Below are positions 62,923-64,000 of a DNA stretch of 64,000 bases, piece by piece. The notes under the pieces are model-generated. The model was given only the letters and a program-made list of their open reading frames with translations. It ran no database searches and was not told the origin of the DNA. The stretch lies in assembly GCF_009914755.1 (NCBI RefSeq), contig NC_060931.1; one strand, written 5' to 3'. This stretch comes from the human T2T-CHM13v2.0 reference genome, Homo sapiens. Position 1 is the stretch's first letter. The number at the start of each line of letters is the position of its first letter. The position numbers were made by a program, and so were the translations under genes.

Positions 62923-63204
62923 CCTCTTCGGGGGCAGCAGAGACTCACGGGGCCTCTGAGTCCTGGCTCTCAAGTTGTTTAAAGGAAGGAGAAAGTCTCC
63001 CGGTCCCGGGATCTGGGTCTCAGCCACCTTTGACTCCTGCCTCCCTCAAGGAGGGACAGATGGGGCCGCATTGCAGGCTGGTCCCAAGCAATCGTGGCCA
63101 CTTTTGTTTTTCTGGAAAGTCTTCTAAAGGTCATGTGCCACAAGGGGCCTATTTATACCCACCCTTTCACTCTCCTCCCTCCCTTTCTTCCCTTCCTTTT
63201 CTGT

Positions 63205-63216
63205 CTGTGTGTGTGT

Positions 63217-63247
<31 letters not shown>

Positions 63248-63553
63248 CGTATGTGTGTGTGCTTTTTTTTTTTCTCTCTCTCTTTTTGTAGATGTGGTCT
63301 CGATCTGTCACCCAGGCTGGAGCGCAGTGGCACAATCATAACTCACTGTAGCCTTGAACTCCTGGGCTCAGCCTCCTGAGTAACTGGGACTGCAGGCGTG
63401 TGCCACCACGCCTGGCTAATTTTCTTTATTTTTTGTAGAGATGGGGGTCTCACTGTGTTGCCCAGGCTGGTCTCAAACTCCTGGCCTCAAGTGATCCTCC
63501 AGCCTCAGCCTCTTAAAGTGCTGGGATTACAGGCATGAGCCACCACTCCCAGC
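63205..63553 (-). mobile_element. AluJ (63262-63553) with an adjacent (TG)n tract (63205-63260)
   Basis: Alu consensus; dinucleotide run. Confidence 0.9.
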
Positions 63554-63819
63554 CAGCACAGGGACTTTGACGGTGTCTGAAGGGCACTCCTTGAACCTGA
63601 GGGTCCAGAAAGACTTTCCTGATGTCAGAAGGAGGAGAGGGCTGGGATGGAGGGAACCTGGGCCACGAGTGAGGTTCTCCCACTAAGGAGCGTGACGGGG
63701 CACACACAGCGTGGACAGCTGCAGGTCTCATGGGGTGCACATGCATGTCCCTGCGTGTCACGCATGTCCCTATGTGTCAGGCCCAACTGGGACCTGACTC
63801 TCTATCTCCTTTGGCCCAG

Positions 63820-63976
63820 GTCCTCCTGCTAGAAGCAGCAGAACGGCCCTCCAGCCCGGACAACGACCTGCCAGCCCCCGAGAGCACTCCGCCGACCTGG
63901 AATGAGGACTTCCTCCCCGACGCCATCCCTCTTGCTCACCCTGTGCCACGACAGAGAAGGCCCACGGGCCCAGCCG
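63820..63976 (+). CDS. COL26A1: COL26A1 internal coding exon (157 nt, probably exon 5); encodes VLLLEAAERPSSPDNDLPAPESTPPTWNEDFLPDAIPLAHPVPRQRRPTGPA(G)
   Basis: Acceptor tctatctcctttggcccAG at 63818-63819 and donor G|GTGAGT at 63977. It lies within ORF 63730..63984, continues the frame of the 62-nt exon, and ends at the first Gly-Pro-Ala-Gly of the collagen domain. Confidence 0.96.
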
Positions 63977-64000
63977 GTGAGTGAGGGCTGCAGAGAGGAC

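Larger units (their letters stand above)
57065..63819 (+). other. COL26A1: COL26A1 intron between the two exons (GT-AG, 6755 nt)
   Basis: GTCAGT...CCCAG boundaries; phase 0 joins AAG|GTC in frame. Confidence 0.93.

Overview
Human (primate) genomic DNA lying entirely inside the + strand gene COL26A1 (EMID2, collagen XXVI; 7q22.1 from my recall of the gene). Only two coding exons are present: a 62-nt exon at 57003-57064 (ECMNCTRLSDMSERLTTLEAK) and a 157-nt exon at 63820-63976 (VLLLEAAERP...RRPTGPA, ending at the start of the Gly-X-Y domain). Bases 1-57002 are the 3' part of a very large intron. About a third of the window is Alu (roughly 75 copies and fragments, counted by eye). It also holds old L1/L2/MIR fragments, ERV1/ERVL/MaLR solo LTRs (MER41A, MLT2A, THE1, MST, MER67-like, MER49-like), hAT DNA-transposon relics and microsatellites. 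Nearly all listed ORFs are repeat-derived noise. I found no evidence of a new gene system. The most unusual structures are: (i) a ~430-bp inverted duplication at 44.7-46.5 kb whose second arm splits an old L1 and whose first arm carries an LTR the second lacks; (ii) an internal inversion in a THE1A LTR that creates an 85-nt hairpin; (iii) an unidentified retroposed fragment with a 49/50-bp tandem duplication at ~48 kb; (iv) consensus CTCF sites at 31.9 kb and 62.9 kb; (v) several repeat-free, homeodomain-motif-rich islands that are enhancer candidates; (vi) an in-frame cryptic acceptor 42 nt upstream of the 62-nt exon. Repeat subfamily names come from memory of consensus sequences, and repeat boundaries are approximate.
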